DNA of 64,000 nt from the IMG/VR virus record IMGVR_UViG_3300028920_000003. One strand, given 5' to 3'. Shown piece after piece: positions 62,793 through 64,000 of this stretch. Every line of letters begins with the position of its first letter. Within the stretch, counting starts at the first letter, position 1. Made by a program: the position numbers and the translations under genes. The notes below the pieces were generated by a model. That model was not told where the DNA came from. It saw only the letters and a list, made by a program, of their open reading frames with translations, and ran no database searches. Source of the DNA: a virus.

Positions 62793-64000
62793 ATGGCGAA
62801 GTACAACGTCAAGAGGGAGACAAAACACGTTCCCTCTGAAGTAAACAAGATGGGATCAGCAGCTTATAAGCTTGATCCAAAAGAAGAACTCGTATCTACT
62901 GTGCTGACTACGTTCGTACAGAAGTCTTACTACGAAAAAGAAAAGGAGATCATGGATCGCTTCCGAAAGGCAGCACTCCAAGTTGATCCTTTGTTCGTAG
63001 CAAAGACTGCTATCTATGCACGTATGGCAGCTAATATGAGGAGTTCGTCTCACGTACTTGCTGCTGAACTCGCTCCGAGAATTTCCGGAGAAGAGTGGGC
63101 ATCAAGATTCTATCATAAGGTTATCAACCGTGTTGATGACATGAGTGAAATTCTGTCCTACTACAGGAATATCATGAAAGGTAAAGGAGTTCCTAACGCT
63201 ATGCGTAAGGGATTCAAAGTCAAGCTTGAATCACTTGATCCTTATCTGATTGATAAGTACAAAATGCTTGGTAGGGAGATTTCTCTCATTGATCTTGTGA
63301 ACCAGATTCACCCTGTTCCGACTCAGACAAATGCAGAAGCTTTTCGTCTGCTTATGAAAGAAGGAGGAAAGGGTATAGATAAACTCTACAGTTCTAAGAT
63401 TCTCGAAAAAGAGATGTCGAAGGCTGGAAAAGTTTCCAAAGAAGATCAGAAGACTGTTGAAGTAGCCAAACAAGAGGCTATTGAATCAGTTCTCGGAAAC
63501 ATCAAGGGTATGCCTATCTTCAACCTGCTCAGGAACCTGAGGAATATTATTCTTTATGCTCCTGATTCAGTAGATGAAGCTGTAAGGCAACTTGTGATTC
63601 CGGAAAAGGTTTATAAGTCAAGGCTTCTGCCTTTCAGGTTTCTCTCTGCTCATATTGAAATTAGCAATATGAGATATGAGCTTAAAGAAGGAACCTCATC
63701 TTCAATCGTATTTGAGGACGAAGTTGAAACCAGAGTTGCAACTCGTGAAGAGTTCACTCGACTGAAAAACCGTGTTCTGACTTCATTGGAAACAGCAATC
63801 GAACTTTCTTGCCACAACATTCCTGAATTGGAAGGTCGTGTGGCTATCCTTATTGACCATTCAGGGTCTATGAGAGGAGACGGTGGTGGAGCATCACTTG
63901 TCTCAGTACTCTCAAGGACTACTGTGGTCGATATTGCCAACCTGTTCGCTGCTATGCTTCTGAGTAAGCAACCTAGCGTATACGTTGGACTGTTCGGTGA
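62793..64000 (+). CDS. rsr: Ro60-like TROVE-domain protein with vWA module (Rsr orthologue), 3'-truncated by the window edge
   Basis: Hand translation from ATG 62793 stays open to the window end and is not in the ORF track. MPIFNLLRNLRNI...SRLLPFRFLSAH parallels human Ro60 MPLTALLRNLGKM...ARIHPFHILIAL. VAILIDHSGSMRG parallels the Ro60 vWA MIDAS LLAVDVSASM. Confidence 0.8.
   Translation, partial: MAKYNVKRETKHVPSEVNKMGSAAYKLDPKEELVSTVLTTFVQKSYYEKEKEIMDRFRKAALQVDPLFVAKTAIYARMAANMRSSSHVLAAELAPRISGEEWASRFYHKVINRVDDMSEILSYYRNIMKGKGVPNAMRKGFKVKLESLDPYLIDKYKMLGREISLIDLVNQIHPVPTQTNAEAFRLLMKEGGKGIDKLYSSKILEKEMSKAGKVSKEDQKTVEVAKQEAIESVLGNIKGMPIFNLLRNLRNIILYAPDSVDEAVRQLVIPEKVYKSRLLPFRFLSAHIEISNMRYELKEGTSSSIVFEDEVETRVATREEFTRLKNRVLTSLETAIELSCHNIPELEGRVAILIDHSGSMRGDGGGASLVSVLSRTTVVDIANLFAAMLLSKQPSVYVGLFG

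Overview
The window looks like most of a virulent-type tailed dsDNA phage genome, arranged as two divergent arms that meet at about 32.7-33.6 kb. The left arm (1-32684) is all minus strand. It carries small regulators, large terminase, portal, scaffold-like and capsid-like proteins, a terminator-bounded abundant structural gene and a cupin. It also carries a lysis cassette (holin-like ORFs plus an M15 peptidase) and a long run of tail and fibre genes. These include a 1392-aa fibre with a C-terminal S74-type chaperone domain and a 997-aa protein made of His-x-His repeats. A separate two-gene fibre operon sits at 30569-32684. The right arm (33604-64000) is all plus strand. It opens with short early cassettes, each closed by a strong hairpin/T-run terminator. 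A replication and recombination block follows: family-B DNA polymerase, HNH, SF2 helicase, DnaB-like helicase, P-loop ATPase, SSB-like protein, Toprim primase, RusA-like resolvase and a PD-(D/E)XK nuclease. The arm ends in an accessory block. I saw no integrase, tape-measure gene, rRNA, canonical tRNA or CRISPR array. Start codons lack Shine-Dalgarno sequences, and two good TAnnTTTG -7 boxes precede minus-strand operons. From this I infer a Bacteroidota host and a podovirus-like virion. Four things deserve a second look. (1) A translationally coupled JAB/MPN isopeptidase and minimal E1-like (ThiF) adenylase at 52.2-54.1 kb. Two genes upstream lies a candidate ubiquitin-like domain with a di-Gly, fused to a histone-H1-like tail. 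(2) A phage Ro60/TROVE-vWA orthologue at 62.8 kb, together with two paralogous non-canonical tRNA-like RNAs at 38.36-38.55 kb that could be its Y-RNA partners. (3) A divergent adenylosuccinate-synthetase (PurA/PurZ-like) gene, with a family-1 uracil-DNA glycosylase nearby. (4) An 18 x 22-aa His-rich repeat array in a fibre-like protein. Every functional call rests on motifs I read in the translations; no database search was possible.
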